NCBI GenBank assembly: GCA_024137785.1
Contig: JAHRHZ010000267.1
Coordinates: forward strand, 14,149,454-14,213,453
Origin: Ginglymostoma cirratum
Lineage: Eukaryota
Direction of reading: 5' to 3'
Length of the DNA: 64,000 nt
In this document: piece after piece, positions 48,311 through 60,228 of the stretch
Numbering within the stretch: position 1 is the stretch's first letter
Layout of the letters: the number at the start of each line of letters is the position of its first letter
Translations under genes and position numbers: made by a program
Notes under the pieces: generated by a model
The model's database searches: none
The model's input: the letters and a program-made list of their open reading frames with translations, nothing else
What the model was told of the DNA's origin: nothing

Positions 48311-49936
48311 TACTTTGGTGAAAGGACCATGTTGTAAATCTCAGCACTAGCCACTCTCCATTCAATGAACGTTTTACCCCTGGTGTTAGCAGCACAAACA
48401 ATTGATTACCCGTTTCATTTGAGTGGTGAAGGTGACTTTTGTAAGGTACTCATCGTTTATCACACATGAATTACAAAGCTGACCTAATTCCTGGAATAAA
48501 ATATTCTGCTATTCCCATTGTGTCATCTTTTTACTCATTTTGAGTGAAATGTATAATTTGTAAATCTGGGAGATGCTTTCAATCTGACATCACTACAAGA
48601 TTTAAGGAAACACAAGCCTATCACCCAATGCAACTTTGAAACTGCAAATCAAAGTGATGCAGAAACAGCAAGCTATGATTTCCCATTGGCTTTCTGCCCC
48701 ACAGCAAAGCGCAGCATGTGTATCAAGCTGTAGTTTGATATTTCCTAACCACTGGACTCCTTTAAGGCCAAGATGCCATGCAGGTATTGGCAAAGATCGA
48801 CTTCGTTCTGGATCAGTAGACTTAAACTGAATTTGACCAGTCATATAAATTAAGTTCCTGCCAGTCTCAGTCGCTGAGACCAGTGGAAAATATTTAGTTA
48901 TTTCTTCCTAGGATGTTCTGATTGTTGGTTCTCCACAATTAGACATTCGAATACAGTGTCACAAAGCCAGCAGTCCAAAGACTGGAATTGCCCAGAAACA
49001 GGATATTTTTCTCTCCTAATACCAACCTGCAACTGAGTAAATGCAGGGATGAAGAGGCCATTCTTGAGCTAGTCGTATAGGACTTATATCGGACGGTATC
49101 TGCAATAGTTACCTGAGTCCGTTGCAGTGCATTAAAATCTGCATTCCCTCAATCCTCCCTATTCTTCAGACTCAAGGCTGCACACTCCACTAGTTGGGAA
49201 CATTCTTGTTGCCAACCCGGTTGCTTTTATTGGATATGATCAGAAATCAGCTGTTTTTCCCTGTCTGCCTTGTTGAAGTCCAAATGCGTGCTCTTTTCCT
49301 GCAAGAATCACTCTACTTTAATACTGATAGGTCTTTTTAAAAACTGTACAACTTTTAAATCTTTAGTGTTTCTGCCTATATCGATTGTAAAGATTTGTGC
49401 CATGCAAGCATTCCCTGTCCCATGTTCCGAAACCCTGGTCATTTTTATGACGCTGGTGATCAATACGCAGTGTGTGACAGAGACAACTTGTGTAAAGGAG
49501 TTGATCACAAAATATGGCAGGGCCTCAGTCCTGAAGGTGGAAGATATGGGGTGCTGTACCTGTAGAGAAATTGCCAGGCAGCGAACAAGACCAGGTTCGC
49601 TCTCTGCATCGATAGCTGCATTGATATAATTTTAATGGGGTTGTTGACAAATCATAGCAATCAATTAGTCCACAACAGACTCAAACCGACATTTATAATA
49701 CAGAAGGAGGCCATTCAACTCATCAAAATCTCTTGTTTCAAACAATTCAAAACTGGATCCCTCTTCCATGCTTTCTTCCTCAGAGCAATGATTTTTTCTG
49801 TGCTTTAAAAATGTATTCAACATTTTCCTTAGACGTTAAAATTGTCTCTGCTGCCACAACTTTGTGGTAAAGCAGCCCATGCTTTAATTACCTTGTGAAA
49901 AACAATGTCCTAACCTCTCCCTTTCGTCTCGCTGTA

Positions 49937-50151
49937 AAGGCAGTTCCCCTGCTTGCGAACGGGTTCTGTTCTTGAGTTTGTTCACAAATCATTTTGTACA
50001 CAAGTCGGAACACAGTGCAGGACAATATAAAACAGTTGTTCACAACTACGATCACTCAAATGTCAGATCTTTAAAATTACACTCCTGTATGGGATTGTAT
50101 TTATAAGTACGAGTGCTCATAAGTGGGTGTCTGGAAATCGGAGACTCCCTG
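49937..50151. mobile_element. Degenerate Tigger-like MITE
   Basis: TA-aaggcagttcccctgcttgcgaac ... ggaaatcggagactccctg-TA imperfect TIRs. Confidence 0.5.
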
Positions 50152-52309
50152 TAATGATGTGAGGACATCCCCATTTGTGGATTGCTTTGAAATCCAGAGA
50201 TAGCAAAGTCACCTGTTCCTCCCAAGCTTGCTGCGTTTGATAGATGCCATATCTCCACTCACTCATAAGCTGTATTCCAAAATGTTATTTTCAATGATGC
50301 CACAAGCTTACTAATTTTTCTGGGATCTCCTGATACCATAGCGCATTCACCATTATAACAGCAATGCAGAATTGACATTGATGAGGATGACTCTGCAGTG
50401 CAGCATAGACAAAAAGTACCTGCCTGGGAAGAAGTGTATCTATTATTCAGACCTCTGTTCAGAAAGGTTATTAGCTTCCAGGATGGAATGTATTTTTAAA
50501 AAGATTGAACCTTGGAGGATCAATGGAAGAATCACTCCAAAATACAACAGGAGATGACTTTATTTTTATGACATTGTTCATGATACATTCTCAAACCTTT
50601 ACTTTGCATAATTAACATCATGATGTTGTCAGAAAAGTAAGAGCTGTCCAGCATTCCAACACTGAATGAGTGTAGGAACGAATTCAGAAAATACCTCTTA
50701 TATTTTCATATAATCGTCTTACATCACTGACATCCACTTCCAGCAATACAGCTGGGCTACAAATAGGTCCTACAAATGCCACTGTGTAACCAACCAGTAG
50801 AGTGATATCTCAAGTTAACACTTAGATATTCTCACTATCTGAAAGGAAAAAGGTCAGCTCCATTCAGCAGCTCTCTGAAAGGCTATCATAGAAATTATAA
50901 ATTAGCACACCATTTGTATACTTTATAGACTGTACACTTTACAGTCAGTGTCTGTTCACAATCACGTTTGAACAGTCAGCAGCAAATAATGTTTTTACTG
51001 TTAAACTCAATTGGTGAGAGGGCTAGAGTATGGTAAGGAGTTACATTAGTGGTGCAGGTTTGATCCCTTTCCCAGCTGTGCTAGTACATGGGGGCTGTCA
51101 GTTTGTCTTATCCATGCGGGATGTGGAGTGGCGTTCCTCAAGTCATGCATAAAACCACTTGTCTCTTTAACAGAGCGAGATGCTTATGGGCCCTTGTGGA
51201 CTATGGTTAATTACCTCACTTTGGTAAAAGAAAACATTATAATTTGATAGATTGTGTCACAACAACGCTCAGTAACTGAATGTGTTTTGCCCAAATGAAG
51301 TAGTCTACCTTGTACTGGGTCACTTGTAATGAGTTGTAATTGTTAAATCAATTCTTCTGTTAATTATGTTGCAACTTCTTGGGTATTTCAAGTGAACATT
51401 TTTCAACAAAATATTTTAACGGGGGTTTTCAGTATCTAAAACTTGAACTCCAAGTATTATTTGCTTAAAAAATAAGGGCTAATCAAAATTCACACCTTTA
51501 TATTAATGCTGATCAGTTTAACATCACAACCATTTGGATGAATAGTTTCCAGTTTCCGTATGCTAATCATCAAACATTGAATTAGTCTTTATAGATAAAA
51601 ATTTCAATTAATAGCATATTTGCCAATGCATATATTTTGCTACCTGTATTCATGTACATGTTCGTGTAAGTGTTCATCATAGGATTATTAGACCAAATTC
51701 CTCTTTTAAACATTTAAACTGGTTATCCATTGATAATGAAGAGGAAGCTCTGATTTTAATTCAAGATGGGAGTTGTGTGGCTATGTACATATTGCAGATC
51801 TCAGTGATGAGAAGCCTAGAAACTCCTAACTCTTGAGCTACCTCTATTATGGTCCTATTAGTATCCTACCCAACCCAGTGAGAAACAGCAACAAAGTAGG
51901 TTCAGCATAGAATGATTAAACAGGAGAATTCACAGAACTTTCTGGGCCTCTTCTGGCCTGGCTTCTCTTCCTGTTAGGTTGCTGTAAAGGGAAAACCAGA
52001 ATGATGGCATCATCAGGGTATGATCTGTATCTTTAACATAGAACACAACTAGCTTCCACTGGATGTCCTTCTTGTCAGCTGTAGTTGCAGATAAGGCTTA
52101 TGTGAGCAATTGGGTGGATTTAATATTGACCCTCATTTGACAAATAGACGTCTGCTTAGCATCCTCCCATGGGCTTACCTTTTTTAAATTTGAGATATTG
52201 GGCAGCAATAGGATATCCGGTGCACTGTCCAAAATGCTGGAAGTACTAAACAATGTGGGTGCTACGTAAAATAGGAATGTTTGAAAAGCAACACTGTTGT
52301 TTCTTTTTT

Positions 52310-54460
52310 AACCATGCTGGGATTTGAATGTTGATGAACTGTCCAGCAGTAATTGTGCATCCCTTATTGACCTTGAGAAGGTGGTTGGAAGCTATTTCTT
52401 GAATCAGTGCGGTCCATGTTGTGTAGATACACTCTTAGTTCTGTTAGAAAAGAAGTTCCAGGAATTTGAGCTAGTGAAGTTGGAAGAATCAATATATATT
52501 TTCAAGGCAGGATAGTATGCATCTTAGGAAGGAACTTGCAGATGGTGCCATTCCCTTGCGTCTGCTGCTCTTGTCCTTCTAGCTAGGAGAAGAAGTGAGT
52601 TTGGAACGCGCTGTCAAAGGAGACTCACTGAGTTGCTGGTGTAGATGGTACATGCTGTTGTCAGTATGTACTGATAGTAGAGAGAATGAATGTTTAAAAT
52701 AGTAGATGGGGTGCCAAACAAACAAATGACTTCGTCTTAGGTGGTGTTGCCCTCCTTGAGTGTTGTTAGAGCTGCACTCACCGAGGCAAGACGGAACTGT
52801 TCCAACAAAGACCTGACATGGGTCTTATCCATGGAGGCATAATATGGAAGACAGAGTTGAATTTATTCATTGCAGAATTTTCAGCCTTGATCTACTCTTA
52901 TAGCCACAGTACTCCTGTGGCTGCTATAGATTCTGGTCATCAGTAACTCCCACATGATGTTGTTGCTGCGGGATTTGTAATGGCATTGAATGTCAAGGGG
53001 ATGGTTAGATTTTCTCCTGTAGGAGATGCCACTATCCAGCACTTGGTTTGATGTGGAAGTTACCTGCTACTTTCAGCCCCAGCTTGAGCATTGCCCAGGT
53101 CTTTCTGGTTGTGGGCCTTAACTACTTCAGTATTTGAGGTACTGAATGCTGTATATTCACCAATGAATATCGCCACTTCTAATCTCATACTGGAAGGAAA
53201 GTGATGCTGCCCTTGCCTTCTTCATGAGATTTTGAATGTGGCAGGAGTTGGAATGATGGATAGCAGTAGCTCGTCAGAGCTTCTGCCTGCCCTTTGAAGG
53301 ACTTATAGAAAGGTAACGGGCATGTAAGTCCCACTATGGTATTCAGTCATTTAGAGGCCGAAATAAAGCAATAGAAAATTGTTGCCTTGGGACACTTCCT
53401 TGATGAAAATGTGTAGTGATACCCTGGGGATTAGGGATGGGCAATTAATATTTGCCTAGCCAGGGATGCCCACATGTTGTGAGTGGGCAAAAAAAATGTT
53501 AGGAACCATATCTATAATGAGATCTGGATCCAAGTGACCCCTGGTGGAACTAAAATGATCATTTGTACATAAGTTATTGATAGCATTCAGTGACATCTTT
53601 CATAATTTCACTGATGAGCAAGAGTAGACTAATAGGGTGGTTCGAATTTGCTCAGCTTTTTATCGGCAGGACAAACTTAAATAATTTTGAGCATTGCTGG
53701 CTAGATGCCAATGTACCTACACTGGAACAGTGTCGCCAACAGCACAGCTAGTTCTTGAGCTCAAATCTTAGATACTTCAGCTACGGTGTTCTTAAGATGC
53801 AAAGCCTTTGTGACATCCAGTGCCACCAACCCCATCTTGATATTATGTGGACTGAATCAAATTAGTTGAAGACTGGCAACAGGAATCTCAAGGGGAGATT
53901 GAGATGGATTATCATCTCCACACGTCTGGCTGATTTTGGTTCCAAACACTTCAGGCTTGTCTTTTGCTAGGTCCCTCAATCGTTGAGGGTGGGGATACTT
54001 GTGGAGCACTCTTTCTTGGTTAGTCTTTTTATTATTCACTATCACGCGTGACTGGTTATGGCAAGGCTTAAATCAGGTCTTTTGGTTGTGAGATCATCGG
54101 AGTCCTGCTTACAGCATGCAGCTTCCACTGTTATAGTCCTGTGTTGTCACTTCACCAAGTTAGCATCTTATTTTTCAGAACGCCTGGCGCTGCTCACGCA
54201 CGCTCCTACACTCTCATCCAATCAGGGTTATCCACTGGCTTACTGATAATGATGCTATGAGGAATTTGCCAGACATGACGATGCAGATTTTTAGTTCAAA
54301 ACAATTCACAGCACTGAATTTATCCTATTTAACACAGTAGTGGCATACACAATATGAATACAGGAGTTTGTCTCCACAGGGACTATGTGGCCACCATTCA
54401 TACCAATGCTACCACAAGCAGACGTGCTTTTGACAAGTAAATTGGTAGGTGAAGTCAACT
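52310..54460 (-). mobile_element. Decayed CR1-clade LINE (reverse), interrupted
   Basis: The reverse complement is colinear with the + strand fragment at 20455-21410 and extends to a 3' end near 52310. Confidence 0.65.
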
Positions 54461-55542
54461 AAATTTTCCCTACATTATGATAGTTATATCTGTTTGGTAG
54501 CTGTCTTTCTACATAACTTCACATCGAAAAGAAGTTTAGCATGCCTTATTTCCATTTGTCACTACATCCTCATCATTCTGAAAACTCCAGAGCAGCTTTT
54601 ATTCATGTGTTGCCTCTACCTTGAAATGAGCCAGGATTAGTCCATGTACATATTTTAATGTCATTCCCCGTACTTACTTCATGAGATTTTGGCAGTATCT
54701 CAGGATTTGAAATGATGGAAAGCAGTAGATAGTAAGCGCTCCTTTAAAGGACTTATGGAAAAGTAACAGGCATGTGAGTCCCAGTGCAGTATTTTTTTCA
54801 TTTAGAGGCCAAAGCAAGAACAAAAGGAATAAAGAGCAATTTGTCTAAGAAGGAGCAACCCACAGAATTCTTAACACACTGATCCTCGTTCTCAACTCAG
54901 CCTCTCCTGTGACCTCCCATGTAGTGCCTGTACCAAATGGTCAAACCACATTATCCAGAAGCTCATAATTTAAATAAAATTCAGGGTCTTGATAAGCCAA
55001 ATGCACTGTTTATCCTCACAATCACAGACTTGTTGAATTAGCAATAAATATTTTGAGCTATTATCAAAAAGTATTTTATGCTTTATAATCTTTTCCGAGC
55101 AGTACAGTTGTGAAGTATTTTGGCTTTAGGCAAGTGTATTCGTAATTTGTCAATATAATACATCTCTGAGATCTTTCTAAGGGATTTTAAAGTATTAAAC
55201 GGTAACCAAGAGTGACTATTTTTGCATATTAATGTAATATCCAGGAGCAGTAGCTCTATGAATATTCTTGACAGCTGCTAAATAAGCAAAATATTTGCAT
55301 CATTCAGCTAATTATTCTGCTTGGACTTACCGTCAAGCGAATCAGAAGAAATGTTTGCTGAAACTTTTACTTCTTTTCAGGGCTGTATTGCATGCTCTTG
55401 CATCAAAAATACTTCTTTTCTAGTGTAATTTTGTTTTAATTAGATATGCCCTATGACTAACTGATAGTTACAGGATTATTCTAATACGATACAAACTGGC
55501 TTCACCTAGCACTTCCTAATGAGTCAACATCACGCTTTCGTT

Positions 55543-55915
55543 AGACATAACAAGAACTGCAGATGCTGGACTCAGAGACAACACAGTGTGGAGCTGGAGG
55601 TACACAGCAGGTCAGGCAGCATCTGAGGAGCAGGAAAGCTGACACTTCGGGCCGAGACCCTGCTTCAGAATTCATTAGGAAGTGCTGGGTGAAGTCAATT
55701 TTTATTGTATTAGAATAATCCCGTAACTATCAGTTAGCCGTAGGGCATGTCTAATTTAAAGAAAAAACAAACATTTACACTGGAATAAAAGTATCTTAGA
55801 TGCAAGAATGTGCAATACAGCCCCGAAAAGAGGTAAAAGTTTTCTGAAGAAAGGTCCTGGCTCGAAACGTCAACTTTCCTGTTCCTCTGCTGCTGCGTGA
55901 CCTGCTGTGTTCCTC
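55543..55915. mobile_element. Family A fold-back element with captured inverted flank (arms 55543-55670 and 55842-55915)
   Basis: Two opposed hammerhead-bearing arms enclose 55672-55842, which is the reverse complement of 55361-55522. Degenerate TSD catcacgctttcgtt / catcatattttgtt. Confidence 0.82.
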
Positions 55916-57873
55916 CATCATATTTTGTTTACCAGTTTTTAAAGTAATGAATCTCCAGTTTATGATAGGTTAGGTATTTCTGTTATGGAAAAGCAAGAAT
56001 GCATTTAGAGAGCGTCGAGATTTTGTTTACAAGAATGCAGCATCTTTGTGTGATCTAAATGATAAGGCAAAAAACCTTGCATTTTGCTTTTCTGCTCAAT
56101 AACCTTAAAAGTACAACACACTGGGCTGGATTTTGCCTCCCCATGAGGTGTGTTTTAGTGGGAGAAATGCAAAATATTATCTTCCCAACCACCTCTAAAT
56201 TTACCCACCATAATGTGGCCTGCCCACCAAAGTTTAGTGACTAATTACAGGACAGTTGAGCTTATTACCAAACTAATTTCACTCTAAAAAGCCCCTTTGT
56301 TTTTTTTTCAGCAATTTAAAAGTTATTTTTCGACAGTTGATCGCTGGCTTTTGCTTCCTTTTTAATATTATGGGGGTAATTTCATTTTCCTGGTGGAGAT
56401 CCTTGCCTGGATAGAACAAGTGCTAACGCGAAATAACATGTTTGGTTTAATTTCAACATGATCATAAAATGGCATGCAGCCAAAGCTCCAATCCACTATT
56501 GCCCATATTAGTTAGCAAGGTCAGAACATGCCTTCAATAATGTGCACATAGTGCACAGGGAGCTGTACAATAAGTCACTACTGAGTATTTTGTCCCTCAA
56601 CCCCAGGTAAAACAGCTACTCTATCTTGTTTCCTTGACATACCATGCCAAGGGATGCAATAAGCGCTGAATTATCTTAATGGTATTCATTGTTATTGAAT
56701 ATCCATGACAGAAATGCCATGTCAATCAGTATTCCCATCTCAGTGAATCTCTGGGGCCCATTCCAAACAGAAAACAGTTTGTTCTGTGCAGTCAACCAAT
56801 TCATCTGGCCACTGGGGAGGAAGACTTAATAAAACATCACAGGAAGTATTAAAGCCTGCTCTCCCCTAAATTCTTTAACAGTTTGCTGCTGCGGAAAAGG
56901 GATCATTTTTACCTTAATGGAATACTGACTGATAAAAGTTTTGAATTTTTTTTTGTGCAACAGAACCTATTCCAGAAGTAAATAGAAGTCTTATAATTGA
57001 CAAATTTATATTGACACTAAAATGCTTAAGGGCAGTAGATAGTAGGTTAATGCATAGATGAGTGCAAAGCTGTTTACAAGTCCCTGTAATAGGACCAAGA
57101 GCATAGTGTTGAACCTTATAGATGGTAAACATCACTGGTCATGGATTTGTGTACATACAATAATGTATATATAAAATATATATTCACATATATTCATATA
57201 TAATACTGCAATTAAGCAAAATGGGTGGCCCTAGCTTGCTGATGAACATCATTCTTTGTGAAACACAATTATTGTACAATTAAACATGAGGAGGATTTAA
57301 ATTCTAGCCCGAGAAAGATTATAAATTCTCTTTGCTTATATAATTAGTTTATTTGTGAGCCAAATCCAGGGTAGTTCGGGGATACAAGTACTGAAGGCGC
57401 TGGTAGATGCCAGAATCAGTTCATTAATTGGCAACAGTGGGAGGTGGGCTTGAAGTCACTCTCTTGGGTTAATTAGTCCAGTTGTGAGCGGCATTTTCTG
57501 AAATCAGTGATCTCTAGCCAGCACTGCTGAGCAGCTGCTTACTGAAAGTGTGTTGTCAAAGTTGCTCTAATATAAAGGGCCAGCATGTGCACCACAGCAG
57601 GAATCATCTGGTTTGTCTACTACTCACCTACTACATGCACATTTAACTCCACAAATCTGCATACTAGTGTCCCAATGCTAATCAGCATAATGACACAAGT
57701 AGTTGTGAACAACTGCCCACACATCGATTCCAAGAACCAGTTGACCTCCTAACAAATTTCGCTGAAAGCAACTGAGCATTTAATCTCAAAAATAAGCATT
57801 TTAAGACAATGACGAAGCAAAATAATCAGGATCCTTGGTGGGACAGGGGTACGGTTTGCACTATGATACTCAT

Positions 57874-60018
57874 CATGATGTGCAAGTGCTGATGTTGGAC
57901 TGGAGTGGACAAAGTCAGTGGTCACAGCACACCAGGTTAGAGTCCAACAGGTTCATTTGAAATCACAAGCTTTCAGAGCATAGCCCCTTTGTCAGGTGGT
58001 GAGAGGGAAGAGTACACAAAACACAAAATTTATAGGCAGAGAAATCAAGGGCGGAGAGATCAAAAGATCATACAAGTGGTGTGACTGGAGTGTCGAATAG
58101 TAAGTCTCTGCAGGTGACCAAGAGTATCACAGTGTGTGTAAAGTGTCAACAGCTGAATAACAAGTGAAGGGATGACCTATAATCTGATTAAATGAGGCAG
58201 TGAGATAATTACAAAGAATTAAAAATAAGGTGGTGCAGGTGACGAACTAAATGACTGGGATAACATGATAGGTATGAGAGTCGTATGCTGAGGGTCTAAC
58301 CAAAGTAGCGAGTAATCCAAAACTACACAAACTAATTAAGGTAGAGAGATCATAGCAATTTACCAAGGTAATGGTGTCAAAACAGGACAGTAAGGAAGGT
58401 TTTGCAAATACAGAACAGTGTGGTGGGTTCACGTGTAATGCAACATGAACTCAAGATCACAGTTGAGGCTGTCTTCATGGGTACGGAACTTAGTTGTCAG
58501 TTTCTGTTCAGCGATTCTGCATTGTTGTGTATCTCGATGCCTGCCTTGGAGGACGCTTACCCGAAGATCGGAGACTGAATGTCATTGACCACTGAAGTGT
58601 TCCCTGACTGGGAGGGAATATCCCTGTCTGGTGATTGTTACACAGTGTCCATTCATCTGTTACCGTAACGTCTGAATGGTCTTTGCCAATATACCATGCT
58701 TCGGGGCATCCTTGCCTGCAGCGTATGAGATAGACAACATTGGCTGAGTCTCATGAGTATCTGCCATGTACATGGTGGGTGGTGTTCCCATGTGTGACAG
58801 TAGTAATTACAACAACCTTCTCCTCCTCAACCCCATCAGAAGACAGACACGGAATACGACCAATAGAGTACCCTTTGCCGTCCAGTACTTGCCCAGAGCG
58901 GAGAGACTACACCATGTTCTTTGCAGCCTTCGACATGTCATCAATGATGACGAACATCTCGCCAAGACCATCCCCACACCTCCATTGCTCGCCTTCAGAC
59001 AACCGCCAAACCTTAAACAGACCATTGATTGCAGCAAACCTCCCAGCCTTCAGGAGAACATCGTCCACAGCACCACACAACCCTGCCAGGGCAGCTTCTG
59101 CAAGAAATGTCAGATCGTCGACATGGATACTACCATCACACGTGGGAATACCACCCACCACGTGCACGGCAGATAGTCACGTGACTCAGCCAATGTTGTC
59201 TATCTCATACGCTGCAGGCAGGGATGCCCCGAAGCATGGTATATTGGCAAAGACCATTCAGACGTTACAGCAACAGATGAATGGACACTGTGTAACAATC
59301 ACCAGACAGGGATGTTCCCTCCCAGTCGGGGAACACTTCAGTGGTCAATGACATTCAGACTCCGATCTTCGGGTAAGCGTCCTCCAAGGCAGGCATCGGG
59401 ATACACAACAATGCAGAATCGCCGAACAGAAACTGACAACTAAGTTCCGTACCCATGAAGACAGCCTCAGCTGTGATCTTGAGTTCGTGTTGCATTACAC
59501 GTGAACCCACCACACTGTTCTGTATCTGCAAAACCTTCCTTACTGTCCTGTTTTGACACCATCACCTTGGTAAATTGCTATGATCTCTCTACCTTAATTA
59601 GTTTGTGTAGTTTTGGATTGCTAGCTACTTTGGTTAGACCCTCAGCGTGCGACTCTCATACCTATCATGTTATCCCAGTCATTTAGTTTGTCACCTGCAC
59701 CACCTTATTTTTAATTCTTTGTAATTATCTCACTGCCTCATTTAATCAGATTATAGGTCATCCCTTTGCTTGCTATTCAGCTGTTGACACTTTACTCACA
59801 CCATCTGATACTCTTGGTCAACTGCAGAAACTTACTATTCGACACTCCAATCACACCAATTGTATTATCTTTCGATCTCTCCGCCCTCGATCTCTCTGCC
59901 CATAAATTCTGTGTCTGTGTGCTCTTCTGTCTCACTTCACATGATGAAGGGGCTACGCTCAGAAAGCTTGTGATTTCAAATAAACCTTTCGGACCATAGC
60001 CCTGGTGTCATGTGATTT
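57874..60018. mobile_element. Penelope-like element (GIY-YIG endonuclease region plus 3' pLTR) as a 2.1-kb inverted repeat
   Basis: Arms about 57923-58805 and 59128-60017 are reverse complements. The + strand encodes RVPFAVQY...PPLLAFRQPPNLKQ...C...CKKC...NVVYLIRC...WYIG...PVGEHF with stops and a frameshift. TSD ctatgatactcat (57861-57873) / ctatgagactgat (60019-60031). Confidence 0.9.
59937..59973 (+). ncRNA. Degenerate minimal hammerhead motif in the Penelope pLTR (mirror copy at 57964-57998, minus strand)
   Basis: UCAC-AUGAUGA-A-GGGGC UAC GCUCA-GAAA-GC-UU-GUGA, with stem I UCAC/GUGA and palindromic AGCU stem III. The mirror copy reads CAC-CUGACAA...GAAA-GCUU-GUG. Confidence 0.6.
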
Positions 60019-60228
60019 CTATGAGACTGATTAGTTTTCACATTCACGGGCACTGACACTGTAAGACCTTCAAACGTGTGTGTCACTGTCTTTGGGAACA
60101 GCAAGTAGGAAAGAGTAGTGCAGGTTATTAACCAAGTCTTTTTTTGACCAGGTCTTGGAACATAAAGATCAAATTACCTGTGTTATTCAAAATAATAATG
60201 TTGTTTCATTATCTTGCTACCTCCCCAG

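Noticed and set aside
47694-48337. 197-aa and 169-aa ORFs on opposite strands
   Set aside because: Artefacts of translating through 400 N inside a palindrome.
58740-59351. 203-aa and 136-aa ORFs as functional genes
   Set aside because: Broken frames of a Penelope endonuclease region with stops and a frameshift; no RT domain is present.
11726-59973. Selective inactivation of sense-strand hammerheads to protect the pcdh19 pre-mRNA
   Set aside because: Most antisense copies (25565, 55668, 57995) are also mutated and many lesions are CpG-type decay; too few copies to show a strand bias.
60144-60228. N-terminal 28 codons of the 226-aa ORF
   Set aside because: Intronic read-through upstream of the AG acceptor; PCDH19 similarity starts at DQNE.
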